A stretch of DNA of 64,000 nucleotides, taken from assembly GCA_963716175.1 (NCBI GenBank), contig OY970296.1, forward strand, positions 288,001 to 352,000, written 5' to 3'. The notes below the pieces were generated by a model. The model made no database searches, was not told where the DNA came from, and saw nothing but the letters and a program-made list of their open reading frames with translations. Numbering within the stretch: the first letter of the stretch is position 1; the number at the start of each line of letters is the position of its first letter. A program made the translations under genes and the position numbers. Source of the DNA: an uncultured Armatimonadetes bacterium (GTDB lineage Bacteria; Armatimonadota; Hebobacteria; Hebobacterales; Hebobacteraceae). Below, in pieces: positions 17,211-27,105 of the stretch.

Positions 17211-19190
17211 CTACTTCACCCTGACCTGGAAGACAATAGTGCCACCAGCGCCGGGCGCCAGGCTGCCGACCGGAACGCTGATCTGACCGTTGGCATACGG
17301 GTCCGGGGTAACTACCGCGCCATTCAGGGAGGTAGTCCCCGGGACATAGCTGCAGGCGGGCGGAATCGGGTCCACGATGGTCACCGAGTTGATCGTCGTC
17401 GCGCCGTTGTTGACGTAGTCTATGGTGTAAGTGACTATGCTTCCGGGAACTGCTTCGCTGGTGTCTACCGACAGATGCAGCGCGAGCGGCGACCCTCCTC
17501 CCCCTCCCGGAACGAGCGTGACTGCCAGGCTCTTGCTGGCGTCCATGGTCACCTGCTGGGCGTAGGTCTGATAGCCGTCCTTTGAGACCATGATGGTATG
17601 GGGAGTGTAGTCATCATAGGTCGAGCTAGGCGGATAGGTCATACCATGCCTGAAGTACTCACTAAGCTCCAGCCTGGCCTTCCCTTGTGCGTCCGTGACC
17701 CCTACCATGTTCTCGACGCCGCCTAAGCCCGCGGCGGCCACCGCTGCACCTGCCACAGGGTTGCCCAGGCCATCGGCCACGGTGAGGTCGAGGTACCACT
17801 TCATGTAGAGGCTGTAAGCGGCCCCGGGGCTGCTCCCGCTGAGGAGCACGTCATAGGCATTGGCGCCGTTCTCGGTCTTGGTGTCGAGGAAGATCGTTCC
17901 CCGGGTTCCGTAGGTCCAGAAGCCGATGGTGATGGCATGATAGCTGATCGGGCTGGCGCCCTTGACCAGATCGTTGGAGACGAAGCGAATGCCGTCCTGG
18001 CCCACACCGTCGGAGGTGCTGATCCTGATGTTGGTGTTGTTGCTGGTGACCTTGTTGCCGAAGACCGTCGTGCCGGTGTTCGAGGAGTAGACTCCTGCCA
18101 CCTTGATGCCGGTGGCGGGCTTGTCGGCAGCAGTGGTCACAGCGGTGATGGTGTTGTTGTAGTACTGGTTGTTGACGTTAGGATGGCTGTCGTAGATCCC
18201 GATGCCGGTGGCCTCCACCAGCCCGCTCCCGGCGGTCGAGGTGATAGTATTGTCGTGCACCTTCAGATTGCCGGGGGTAGCTGCCTCAGGATAGGTTCTG
18301 AACTTCATCCCCCAGGCGGTGTAGCCGTATCCGTACTCCGGCTTCGGGCCCATTCGCACATCAACGGTGTTGGAGTAGACCTCGACGTTCTGATAGTTGT
18401 AATCCACCATTATCCCGAGGCCATCGGTGGTATGCACGTAGTTCTCGTGGATCCGGGCGCCGTTCGGGCTGTAGCAGATGATCCCAAACCCGTTCGTGTC
18501 TACTGCCCTGTGGCTGACGTCATTCCTGTAGACATCCACGTTGGTGCTGCTATTGCCTATCGCGATTCCACCCTGCCCGCCCACGATGGTGTTATCATTC
18601 ACTGCCAGGTTGCTGCCGGCCAGGCGGATCGCATAGCCGTCATAGCTGGTCCGGCTCGTGATCGCCTGCACGCTGCTATTGATCGTGTTGTGATGGGCGC
18701 TGAAACCATAGAGCCCGCGCGCCTCTATGCCAATGCAGTCCCTCCCACTGACCGTGATGTTGAGGTAGCTAACCTCAACATTGCGGGGGTTGGTGTAGTA
18801 GACATAGACCCCGTGGCTGGAACGCGTAGCACCGGCCCCTTGCACGATCTTGCCATTCGTGATCTTGGCACCCCGATCATCCAGGTTCACCCACTGGCTG
18901 CCGGACCCAATGGTGACGCCGTAAACGCCTGACCCCGATGGCTGGGCATTGTAGGTGACGGTGTGACCGCCCAGGTCCAGTGTGATCCCGCTGGCTGCAA
19001 TCACGAAGGCCGTCCCCGGAGCGGAGACGTCCTGGCTCAAGACATAGGTGGCACCGGCCTGAGTGAGCGTGCCGGGCGCGCTGATCGGGATTGTGGCGGC
19101 ATGAGCAAGGGTTGGGATCAAGGCCCCCAGCACCACCGCCATGGCCAGCACTAGCCATGTCCCCTCCCCCCATAGGCGCGAACGCACCAT
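17211..19190 (-). CDS. Secreted right-handed beta-helix protein with Ig-like and C-terminal DUF11-like domains
   Basis: Signal peptide ending AHA, ITLDLGGHT start motif, repeated Asn/Gly-rich V..N.I strands and terminal VTYTIDYVN...DPIP...YVPGT. AGGAGG SD before ATG 19190. Confidence 0.75.
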   Translation of the reverse strand: MVRSRLWGEGTWLVLAMAVVLGALIPTLAHAATIPISAPGTLTQAGATYVLSQDVSAPGTAFVIAASGITLDLGGHTVTYNAQPSGSGVYGVTIGSGSQWVNLDDRGAKITNGKIVQGAGATRSSHGVYVYYTNPRNVEVSYLNITVSGRDCIGIEARGLYGFSAHHNTINSSVQAITSRTSYDGYAIRLAGSNLAVNDNTIVGGQGGIAIGNSSTNVDVYRNDVSHRAVDTNGFGIICYSPNGARIHENYVHTTDGLGIMVDYNYQNVEVYSNTVDVRMGPKPEYGYGYTAWGMKFRTYPEAATPGNLKVHDNTITSTAGSGLVEATGIGIYDSHPNVNNQYYNNTITAVTTAADKPATGIKVAGVYSSNTGTTVFGNKVTSNNTNIRISTSDGVGQDGIRFVSNDLVKGASPISYHAITIGFWTYGTRGTIFLDTKTENGANAYDVLLSGSSPGAAYSLYMKWYLDLTVADGLGNPVAGAAVAAAGLGGVENMVGVTDAQGKARLELSEYFRHGMTYPPSSTYDDYTPHTIMVSKDGYQTYAQQVTMDASKSLAVTLVPGGGGGSPLALHLSVDTSEAVPGSIVTYTIDYVNNGATTINSVTIVDPIPPACSYVPGTTSLNGAVVTPDPYANGQISVPVGSLAPGAGGTIVFQVRVK

Positions 19191-19259
19191 CCCTGTCCTC
19201 CTCTCCCGCACTACTTCCCTACTCTATACCCAATATTCCACATCTTCATCTGTCGTGGC

Positions 19260-19275
19260 TGGCACGGTTATTGCT
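19260..19275 (+). promoter_or_regulatory. Sigma54 promoter for second EPS sub-operon
   Basis: TGGCACGGTTATTGCT, a full consensus match in the divergent intergenic region. Confidence 0.88.
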
Positions 19276-19459
19276 TGCCGCGCGCGAGGATGAAGCTCGC
19301 GCTCTGGGCCGCAGCATGCCATCTGAGGGCCCATTCTACAGCTCAGGTTGACCCATTGCCCAGACAGGGAGACCTTCACCATGCTTGTCCGTTTCCCTCT
19401 GTTCGAGCTGCCTGCCCTTAGCATCCAACAGAAGCCTGTGTGGCCTGGATAGACCAAAG

Positions 19460-21556
19460 ATGGCGTCTGGTACGACAAGAGCCTCAGGCGGGCCGCCGGC
19501 TAGCCGGCGAGTGCTGCACGTCATCCAGAGCTCTGGGCTGGGCGGAAGCGAATCCCTGTTTGCCCTGCTGACCCGCCGGCTTCGCGCCCGGGGGTGGCCG
19601 GTGGTGTGTGCTCTCGCCGAACCTGGATGGCTCGCTGACAACCTTCGGGAGGCTGGCGTGCCGGTCGAGATTCTGCCAGGGCTGGGACGCGGTAGAGGCC
19701 TGGAGATCGCCAGCGTCCTGTCCCTGCGCCAAGTGATACTGAGGTGGGATGTAGGAGTAGTGCACTCCTTCTCTTTTCCAGCGCATTTCTACGCGGCTCT
19801 CGCGGCCCGACTCACAGGCCGGCCCTCCATCGTGAACGTGCGCAACAGCCATCACGATCTGGTGGGGAAGCTGCGCCGGTTCCTGTGGCGCTGGCTGATC
19901 TCTCGTCTCGCCACCAGCATGGTGGCGGTCAGCGAAAGCGTCGCAGCGGAGATGACGGAGATCACCGGCCGCCGGGATATCGTCTGCATACCAAACGGTG
20001 TGGATCTGACTGCGCCCAACGGAAGCCATACCCGATGGTCGGTCAGAGCCGAGCTGGGCGTCCCGCGCGACGCCCTGGTGGTCGGCACTGTCGGCAACCT
20101 GCGGCCCATCAAAGGCCACCGGTACTTGCTGCAGGCAGCGCTCGCGGTCACCCGTGAGCTGCCCTCAGCGCGCTTCCTCCTGATAGGGGCGGAGGAGCCG
20201 GATACGGGCCACACGCTTCGCGAGTACTGCCACGACGCAGGCCTGGAGCAGCACGTGATCTTCCTGGGCAGACGCCGCGACGTGCCGAGACTGCTGCCAG
20301 CCATGGACATCTTCTGCCTGCCGTCGCTGTCGGAGGGGATGTCGCGTTCGCTGCTGGAGGCGATGGCCGCCGGCCTGCCGGTGGCAGCGACCGCGGTGGG
20401 AGGCAACAGAGAGGTGGTCTTGGACGGTGAGACCGGGTACCTCGTCCCGCCCGAAGATCCTCAGGCACTGGCTCGCGCGCTGCTATCCCTGGCCCGCGAC
20501 TCAGAGCGCCGCAGGGAGATGGGAGAGGCCGCGCGCCTACGAGTCCGCCGCCACTTCGATGTCACCGCGATGCTGGAGCGCTATGCCAACCTCTATCACA
20601 GTCTGCTCGGCAGCAGGCCGGCGCAGGAGGCAGTAGGGCCGGGCGGGGAGCCGGGCCACAGCCCCGCGGCCGTGCTCGCCGTGATCGTGAGCTACAACTC
20701 CATCCGATGTCTGCCGGCCTGTCTGGGTTCACTCCAGCAGCAGAACCCGCTGCCTGCCCGCGTGATGGTGGTGGACAACGCCTCCTCAGACGGAAGCGCG
20801 ACCGCTGCCGAGGCAGCTTTCCCGCAAGCCGAGGTGGTCCGCAAGAGCAGAAACATAGGCTATGGGGCGGCCGCCAACCAGGGGATCGGGGCCGCCATGG
20901 AGTCCGGGCTGCCCTACGTCCTGGTCCTGAACCCGGACGTGGTCCTGGAACCCGGGGCGGTGGTGGAGCTGGTGGCCGCGCTGGAGGCGTGCCCCTCGGC
21001 CGCGGCCGCCGGCCCGAAGCTACTGGAAAGCAAGCACGCTTCCTCGACACTCCCGGTCAGCGAGGACGAGGCGAGCAGGCCCGCCGTGCGGCCCGTAACC
21101 TGGCTGCATGGCTGCGTCCTGCTGCTGCGAGTGGAGGCGCTGCGGCAGGTGGGAGTCTTCTGCCCGAGCTTCTTCCTGTACGGCGAGGAGACCGATCTGC
21201 ATGATCGGCTCCAGCGAGCCGGTTGGAGCCTGCTGGAGGTACCCTCGGCCAGAGCACACCACGTGGGAGGGGCCAGCAGCAAGTGTTGGCTCGGTGGGGC
21301 GAGGGTGGCCTACTACCAGGTGCGGAACGCGTTTCTGTTCACAAAGCGGAACCGCTGGCACGAAGGGAGCTTGCGGCGCCTGCAGTCGATCTGCGGCATC
21401 CTTCGCTGGCACGTTACGCCTCGCCGCCTCCTTCATCCGACTCGGTTTGTGGCCCTCGCGCTGGGCTTCATCGCCGGGCTCTACCTGCTGGCGCGCGCCG
21501 AGTCCCTGGCCCCGCCCGGAGGAAAGTGCGGGGCCGCGCGCGTCCCGACTGGCTGA
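19460..21556 (+). CDS. Fused GT4 + GT2 glycosyltransferase
   Basis: N-half: VLHVI..GG.E, KGHRYLL, PSLSEGMSRSLLEAMAAG. C-half: VSYN, VVDNASSDG, N.GYGAAANQG, LNPD, FFLYGEETD. Confidence 0.85.
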   Translation: MASGTTRASGGPPASRRVLHVIQSSGLGGSESLFALLTRRLRARGWPVVCALAEPGWLADNLREAGVPVEILPGLGRGRGLEIASVLSLRQVILRWDVGVVHSFSFPAHFYAALAARLTGRPSIVNVRNSHHDLVGKLRRFLWRWLISRLATSMVAVSESVAAEMTEITGRRDIVCIPNGVDLTAPNGSHTRWSVRAELGVPRDALVVGTVGNLRPIKGHRYLLQAALAVTRELPSARFLLIGAEEPDTGHTLREYCHDAGLEQHVIFLGRRRDVPRLLPAMDIFCLPSLSEGMSRSLLEAMAAGLPVAATAVGGNREVVLDGETGYLVPPEDPQALARALLSLARDSERRREMGEAARLRVRRHFDVTAMLERYANLYHSLLGSRPAQEAVGPGGEPGHSPAAVLAVIVSYNSIRCLPACLGSLQQQNPLPARVMVVDNASSDGSATAAEAAFPQAEVVRKSRNIGYGAAANQGIGAAMESGLPYVLVLNPDVVLEPGAVVELVAALEACPSAAAAGPKLLESKHASSTLPVSEDEASRPAVRPVTWLHGCVLLLRVEALRQVGVFCPSFFLYGEETDLHDRLQRAGWSLLEVPSARAHHVGGASSKCWLGGARVAYYQVRNAFLFTKRNRWHEGSLRRLQSICGILRWHVTPRRLLHPTRFVALALGFIAGLYLLARAESLAPPGGKCGAARVPTG

Positions 21557-21571
21557 GACTGAGGTTCGACC

Positions 21572-23015
21572 ATGGAATCACTGCCAAGCCAAACTGACAG
21601 CCCGGTGGCGATCGGCGCACTTTCGCCGGAGAGGAGCCGCGCTCTGCTCCGGGTCGCCGCGCCTATCGGGCTCGGGATAACCTTCGGCGTCATTCTCCTG
21701 CTGGCGGACTGGCGCGCGGTAACGGTGGTCCTCCTGGCCCTGGCCCTTTGTGGGATGGCTTTTCGCTATCCCTTTGCTGGCGTGCTAGTCTACCTCACTG
21801 TTGCCATCACCAGCCCAGAGGAAATGGGGCTCAGCCCGGTCGTCTTCCGGCTCCAGCTAGTGTTTGCCCTGGTCTGTCTGGCGGCCGTCACACTACCCGG
21901 GCTGCTGGCGGGCCAGCGCCAGAAATGGCACTGGTCCGGAACGGATAGGGCCCTCGCTGCTCTGTTCACGGCGGCCTGCCTTTCTGTTCCATTGGCTGCC
22001 TCCAGGCTATTTGCGCTCACCGCCTGCTGGGAGATAGCGAAGGTTCTCTTCGCCTATTGGCTGGTGCGGCAGACAGCCACCTCGTACCGGCGGGTGCGCG
22101 CCATCGTGTGGACCATACTGGGCGGTACTTCGTTCATTGGGCTGCTCTCCCTCTGGGGGTGGTCCATGGGCAAGGTGTTCGTGGGGGAGGCTGGGGTCGT
22201 CAGGCTGCAGGGGCTGACCCCCTCGGCTGGCAACCCCAATACCCTCGCCAATACGCTGATAGCCAGCTTCCCGCTGATGGTGCTGCTTGCGGCGGCCGAG
22301 CCCAGACGGCGCGTGAAGCTCATCCTGCTGGCAACGGCCGGGGCTACTCTGCTGGCCGCTGTGCTCACCGGCGCGCGCGCGGCGATGGTGAGTCTAGTGC
22401 TGGTCGTGTTCCTGCTGGTGCTGGCATCCAGGAGGAAGGCCGTCGCCGTGGTCGTGCTGACCGGCCTGCTTGGCGTGTTGTGGTTCAAGCTTCCGCCCGA
22501 TCTGAGGGAGCGCTACCTGACCCTGAGGACCTACCGGAACGAAGTCACCTACCAGATGCGGGCAGAGAACGTTGCCTCCGGTTTCCGGATGCTGCTCGAC
22601 CATCCGCTCACCGGCGTAGGCCTCTCCTGCTTCGCCACGGCGCGGGTCGAGCAGTACAACAAGAGCTGGGTCAGCCCCCACGATGTGTACGCCCAGGTGG
22701 CCTCGGGAGATGGGCCTGTTCGGCGTCATTGCCTTCGCGTTCTTCCTGTGGTCGGTTGTGAGGACCTGCCGGGCTGCTCGCAAGCTGTTGCCCCGCGCTG
22801 AACTCGATGCCGCGGACCGGCGCTGGCTTGACCGGCTCTGCACTGCCATCATGATCATGCTGGCGGCCCTCATGGTCCAGGGCCTGGCCGGACAGAATCT
22901 TGGCCGCTGGCACTGGTACCTGGGGGCGGCCCTGGCAACGAACTGCCTTCAGATCGTCTCTGGCCTCGTCAGGACCCCGTCTGCCGAGATGGCCAGAGCC
23001 AGCGGGCAGGACTGA
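21572..23015 (+). CDS. O-antigen ligase/Wzy-like polymerase (frameshift at GGG 22705-22707)
   Basis: Multi-TM protein with NPNTLA, TGARA, HPLTGVG and PHDVYAQVAS-EMGLFG. The last motif is restored by deleting one G, which joins ORFs 21572-22801 and 22683-23015. Confidence 0.8.
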
Positions 23016-23028
23016 GGGAGGCCGGTCG

Positions 23029-24216
23029 GTGGCGGCATTGGCCACAACTATCCTGTACCTGCTCGCTGCCGGCCTGCTGCTGGCGGTCCTGCATCTGTGG
23101 GCGCTGGCCCTGGTGGGACTGCTGCCGACAAAGAGAAGGACGACGCCGGGCACATGCGAGCCGAAGTTCATCATCGTGGTGCCCGCGCACAACGAGGAGA
23201 AGGATTTGCCAGGGCTGCTGGCGAGCCTGAGCCGCCTCGATTACCCGCTCGATCGCTACCAAGTCTGGGTTGTCGCGGACAACTGCACTGACAGCACCGT
23301 GCTGATCGCGCACGAGGCCGGCGCCTACTGCATCGAGCGCGCGGATCCAGCTCGCCTGGGCAAGGGCTATGCGCTCCAGGCGGCCTTCACCCACGCAATC
23401 GCCTGCGACGCGGACGCGGTGGCGGTAATCGACGCAGACACCACGGCTTCCCCCAGCCTGCTGAGGGAGTTCGCTCGCCGCATGAAGGCGGGGCCGGCAG
23501 CGCTCCAGGCCTCCTACCGGATGTCCGCAAAACCAGGCCCGTGGTCAGTCTGGCTGTCCGTCGAGAACCTGCTGGAAGAGCGCCTCTTCTACGGAGCGAG
23601 AGAGCGCCTGGGCTGCCCCACCTTGCTGCGAGGCAACGGCATGTGCTTCTCTCTGGAGGCGCTGCGGCTGGTGCCCTTCCGCTGTTTCTCGATCACAGAG
23701 GACGTCGAGTACACGGTGGAACTGCTGAGAGCCGGCGTGCAGCCCCGCTTCGTGCCGGAGGCATCTGTGCTCTCGGAGTCTCCAGCCACCTTGGGCCAGA
23801 TCGCCCAACAGCGCGGGCGCTGGAGCGCCGGGCATTTCCAGCTTGCCTTGCGCGAGGCCCCCGGACTCCTCTTCCTCGGGCTGACCCGCAGGGATTTGGG
23901 CATCTGCGAGTTCGCGGCGGCAATGCTCATCACCAGCAAGAGCGCCCTGGCCGGGCTCGCCGGCATCGGACTGGCCGGCGCCGGCCTCCTCCACTGGGGC
24001 CTTGGCCTGAGTCCAGGTCCGTTCTGGTGTTTTGCCACGGTCCTGGCGTTGATCTCGGCCTACTTCCTGACTGGGCTGGTGCTCTATCGTCCCTCAGCGC
24101 GTCAGGCGCTGGGACTGGCAGGCCTCCCCCTGCTGCTGGCATACCGGCTAGCGATACATGCGCGGGCCGCGCTCTCTTATCGCAGCGCCGGCTGGGTGAG
24201 GACTGCCCGAAGCTAG
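23029..24216 (+). CDS. GT2 glycosyltransferase (CesA-like, membrane-anchored)
   Basis: VPAHNEE, ADNCTD, GKGYAL, DAD, TED, QRGRW. GGAGG SD before GTG 23029. Confidence 0.88.
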   Translation: MAALATTILYLLAAGLLLAVLHLWALALVGLLPTKRRTTPGTCEPKFIIVVPAHNEEKDLPGLLASLSRLDYPLDRYQVWVVADNCTDSTVLIAHEAGAYCIERADPARLGKGYALQAAFTHAIACDADAVAVIDADTTASPSLLREFARRMKAGPAALQASYRMSAKPGPWSVWLSVENLLEERLFYGARERLGCPTLLRGNGMCFSLEALRLVPFRCFSITEDVEYTVELLRAGVQPRFVPEASVLSESPATLGQIAQQRGRWSAGHFQLALREAPGLLFLGLTRRDLGICEFAAAMLITSKSALAGLAGIGLAGAGLLHWGLGLSPGPFWCFATVLALISAYFLTGLVLYRPSARQALGLAGLPLLLAYRLAIHARAALSYRSAGWVRTARS

Positions 24217-24245
24217 TGTAGCGCGCGAGCAGAGGTCATTCATTG

Positions 24246-25484
24246 ATGCCGACCACGGTTCTGCACCTGATCGCCAGCAACTTCCTCGGCGGACCCGAGC
24301 GACAGATCCTTGGGCATGCCGACGCGGTCTCCCCCGCGCGGATACGCTGCCTCGTTGGTGGTTTCGTGGATGCGGGCCGCCCAAACGAACTGCTTGCGCA
24401 GGCGTCCGCGCGAGGTCACCGCACCTTCGCACTGGAAGCTCGCCGTCCCTGGTCCGCGGGGCAGGTAACGGACTTACAGCGGTATCTCCAGGACCAGCGG
24501 GTCCAGATCCTCTGCGCGCATGGCTACCGTGCGATTGCCGTTGGCCTGATCGCAGGCAGGCGAGCCGGCATCCCGGTATTGGCGTTCCCCAGAGGGTGGA
24601 CCGCGGAGAATCTGAAGGTCCGCCTCTTCCAGCTCATAATGGGCTATCTCCTGCGTTACGCGGATGCCGTGGTAGCGGTCTCTGAGGCGCAGGCCAGATA
24701 CATCGAGTCGAGGTTCGGCGTGCGCCCCGCCAGAGTCTTTGCAGTCCACAACGCCGTTGACGCCGAGGCTTTCCCCAACGAACGGCACGGCAGCGATGAC
24801 CTCCGTGCGGAGTTCGGGATACCGCCTGGCGCGCCGGTAGTCGTGTCCGCCGGACGATTGAGCCCGGAGAAGGGACATCGCCATCTGGTCGCTGCCGCGA
24901 GCGAAGCGCTCGCAGTCTGTCCAGACGCAAGGTTCCTGCTGGTGGGTGAAGGGCCGGAGCGCGCGAGGCTCGAGAGTGAGGTATCCCGGCTCGGCTTGGG
25001 ACGCCGCGTGCTGCTTGTGGGATTCCGGAAGGACGTCGCCCGCTTCTTGCTCGCCGCCGACCTGGTTGTGCTGCCTTCCCTGACGGAGGGGCTGCCCAAT
25101 GTTCTGCTCGAGGCGGCGGCCGCAGGTCGAGCACGCGTGGCGACGGCGGTGGGAGGGGTTCCGGAGGTGATAGAGCACGGTGTGTCAGGGCTGTTGGTGG
25201 CACCAGCCGACCCGGCCGCGCTCGCCAACGCCATCGCTGCTTGCCTCAGAGACAGCGGGCTGCGCCGGAAGCTCGGAGAAGCGGCGCGGATAGCGGCACG
25301 AGAGCGCTTCCGGTTCGATCATCAAGCGGGCTGCCTGGAGGCGATTTACGCGCAGCTCCTGCATCCGCTGTCTTGCTGGCAGTCAGTGGGGCCGTTCGAG
25401 GTGGATGGGTCCTCCTCATCTCTGTCGCTGCCCGATGTCTCAAGCTCCTCAGCCCGTGGAGGCGACGGTGCGAGCGGCCACTAA
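24246..25484 (+). CDS. GT4 glycosyltransferase
   Basis: GGPERQ, GRLSPEKG, PSLTEGLPNVLLEA, VGGVPEVI. Confidence 0.9.
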   Translation: MPTTVLHLIASNFLGGPERQILGHADAVSPARIRCLVGGFVDAGRPNELLAQASARGHRTFALEARRPWSAGQVTDLQRYLQDQRVQILCAHGYRAIAVGLIAGRRAGIPVLAFPRGWTAENLKVRLFQLIMGYLLRYADAVVAVSEAQARYIESRFGVRPARVFAVHNAVDAEAFPNERHGSDDLRAEFGIPPGAPVVVSAGRLSPEKGHRHLVAAASEALAVCPDARFLLVGEGPERARLESEVSRLGLGRRVLLVGFRKDVARFLLAADLVVLPSLTEGLPNVLLEAAAAGRARVATAVGGVPEVIEHGVSGLLVAPADPAALANAIAACLRDSGLRRKLGEAARIAARERFRFDHQAGCLEAIYAQLLHPLSCWQSVGPFEVDGSSSSLSLPDVSSSSARGGDGASGH

Positions 25485-27105
25485 GCTCGACTGGTGGGAT
25501 GGGCTATGCGTCGCGGCATTGGCGGCGTTCGGGACGCTGTATGCGCTCCGGTTTCTCAGCCCGGTGTTCCACCCTCATCCGAGCGAAGACGCGGCCATCC
25601 TGATGCGCTATTCGCAGCATCTCGCCCAGGGTCACGGCATCGTCTGGAATATCGGTGACAAGCCTGTGGACGGGGCCACGGACTTCCTTTTCATGGTCTT
25701 GATAGCAGGGCTGGCCAGGCTCGGCGTAGCCGTCGAGAGCGGGGTTCGCCTGGCGACGCTGCTGTCGCACCTGGCAACCATCGTGCTCGTGTATCTTGCC
25801 ACCCGGAAGCTGCACGGCGCCAGCCGCTTCGCCGGCCTGGTCACGGCCGGCTACCTGGCCATAGGCCCAGCGCCACGCTACATCGGGTCGGGCTTCGGCA
25901 CGCCGTTCTTCGCGTTGTCCGTGTGTTCCACTTGGTGGCTGGCCAACTCGCTGGCCGGTGGAAGCGCCTCATTGGGCAGATCGCTGGCGTTCGCTTCCTC
26001 CGGACTGGTCATGGGCCTGATCAGGCCGGAAGGCGCGCTGCTGGCCATACTGATGCTGCTGGCCGTGATCTATCTCAGGGGGCTGAACCGGTCTCGACTC
26101 GCTCTGCTCTGTTTCGTCGGCACCTTCGCACTCGCGGGAGGGGCCTATTTCCTGTGGCGGTGGCACTATTTCGGGTATCCTCTGCCAAACCCTTACTACA
26201 AGAAAGGAGGAGGCCACCTCTATCCCGAGGGCCTGATGGATGCCGTCAGCAACACTATCCAGATGAGTCTGCCTTTTTCCCTGGCCTACTTGCTGGGCCT
26301 GCGCTCGCGTGAGCTGACGAAGCGGACGATCTTCTCGCTGATACCAGTGGTCGGCTTCACCGGGCTGTGGCTGTTGCTGTCCAACGAGATGAACTACCTC
26401 GGGCGCTTCCAGTATCCGATCGTGCCCGTCATCCTGATGTCGTGGCCCTCCCTGGTCCAGGGCCTCGGCTCGGAGTGGCGGCTGCCTCGGCTGCAAGAGC
26501 TGGCCCCTCGCAGCCGAGCAGTGGCGGCGCTACTGGTGGCGGTGATGTTGGCGGGCATCGGGCTGTACCAGAAGAGACGCTATGGCGGAGTCATCTATTT
26601 CTACGATGGGAGATGCGATGTCGCGCACATGCTGAGCGACTATGCCAGCAAGCAGTACACGATGGCCACAACGGAAGCCGGGCTTCTGCCCTTCTACTCC
26701 GGATGGCGTGACCTGGACACCTGGGGACTGAACGACCCGTGGATTGCCCGCAACGGCGGAGTGACCGAGGCCTATCTGGAGAGCCGTAAGCCCGAGGTCA
26801 TCATGTTCCACGCCCCCTTCTCTCCGCTGGTGCCTCCCAACGGCAGCAGCGCCTGGTTCCACATGGTGATGGTGCTGCATCGCTTCGCCCAGAAGCACGG
26901 ATACCGTCTCGCGGCAGCGTTCGGCGAGACGCCTTTCAGAACGCACTATTACTACGTCCGCCCCGACTTCCCCGAGAGCGAGGCGATCGTGAGCAGGATT
27001 CGGACGATGGACTACACCTGGTACGCCAACGGCAAGCAGGCGATCAACTACGCCACCGTCACTCCTGCTGCCGGCCGCAAGGTTATGGAAGCAGCCAGGC
27101 CGTGA
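25435..27105 (+). CDS. Polytopic GT-C-like membrane glycosyltransferase (arabinofuranosyltransferase-like)
   Basis: EDAAILMRY..LAQGHGIVWN.G..PVDGAT, RPEG, W.YFGYPLPN.YY.K, AGLLPFYS..DTWGLND. Start uncertain. Confidence 0.65.
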   Translation: MSQAPQPVEATVRAATKLDWWDGLCVAALAAFGTLYALRFLSPVFHPHPSEDAAILMRYSQHLAQGHGIVWNIGDKPVDGATDFLFMVLIAGLARLGVAVESGVRLATLLSHLATIVLVYLATRKLHGASRFAGLVTAGYLAIGPAPRYIGSGFGTPFFALSVCSTWWLANSLAGGSASLGRSLAFASSGLVMGLIRPEGALLAILMLLAVIYLRGLNRSRLALLCFVGTFALAGGAYFLWRWHYFGYPLPNPYYKKGGGHLYPEGLMDAVSNTIQMSLPFSLAYLLGLRSRELTKRTIFSLIPVVGFTGLWLLLSNEMNYLGRFQYPIVPVILMSWPSLVQGLGSEWRLPRLQELAPRSRAVAALLVAVMLAGIGLYQKRRYGGVIYFYDGRCDVAHMLSDYASKQYTMATTEAGLLPFYSGWRDLDTWGLNDPWIARNGGVTEAYLESRKPEVIMFHAPFSPLVPPNGSSAWFHMVMVLHRFAQKHGYRLAAAFGETPFRTHYYYVRPDFPESEAIVSRIRTMDYTWYANGKQAINYATVTPAAGRKVMEAARP

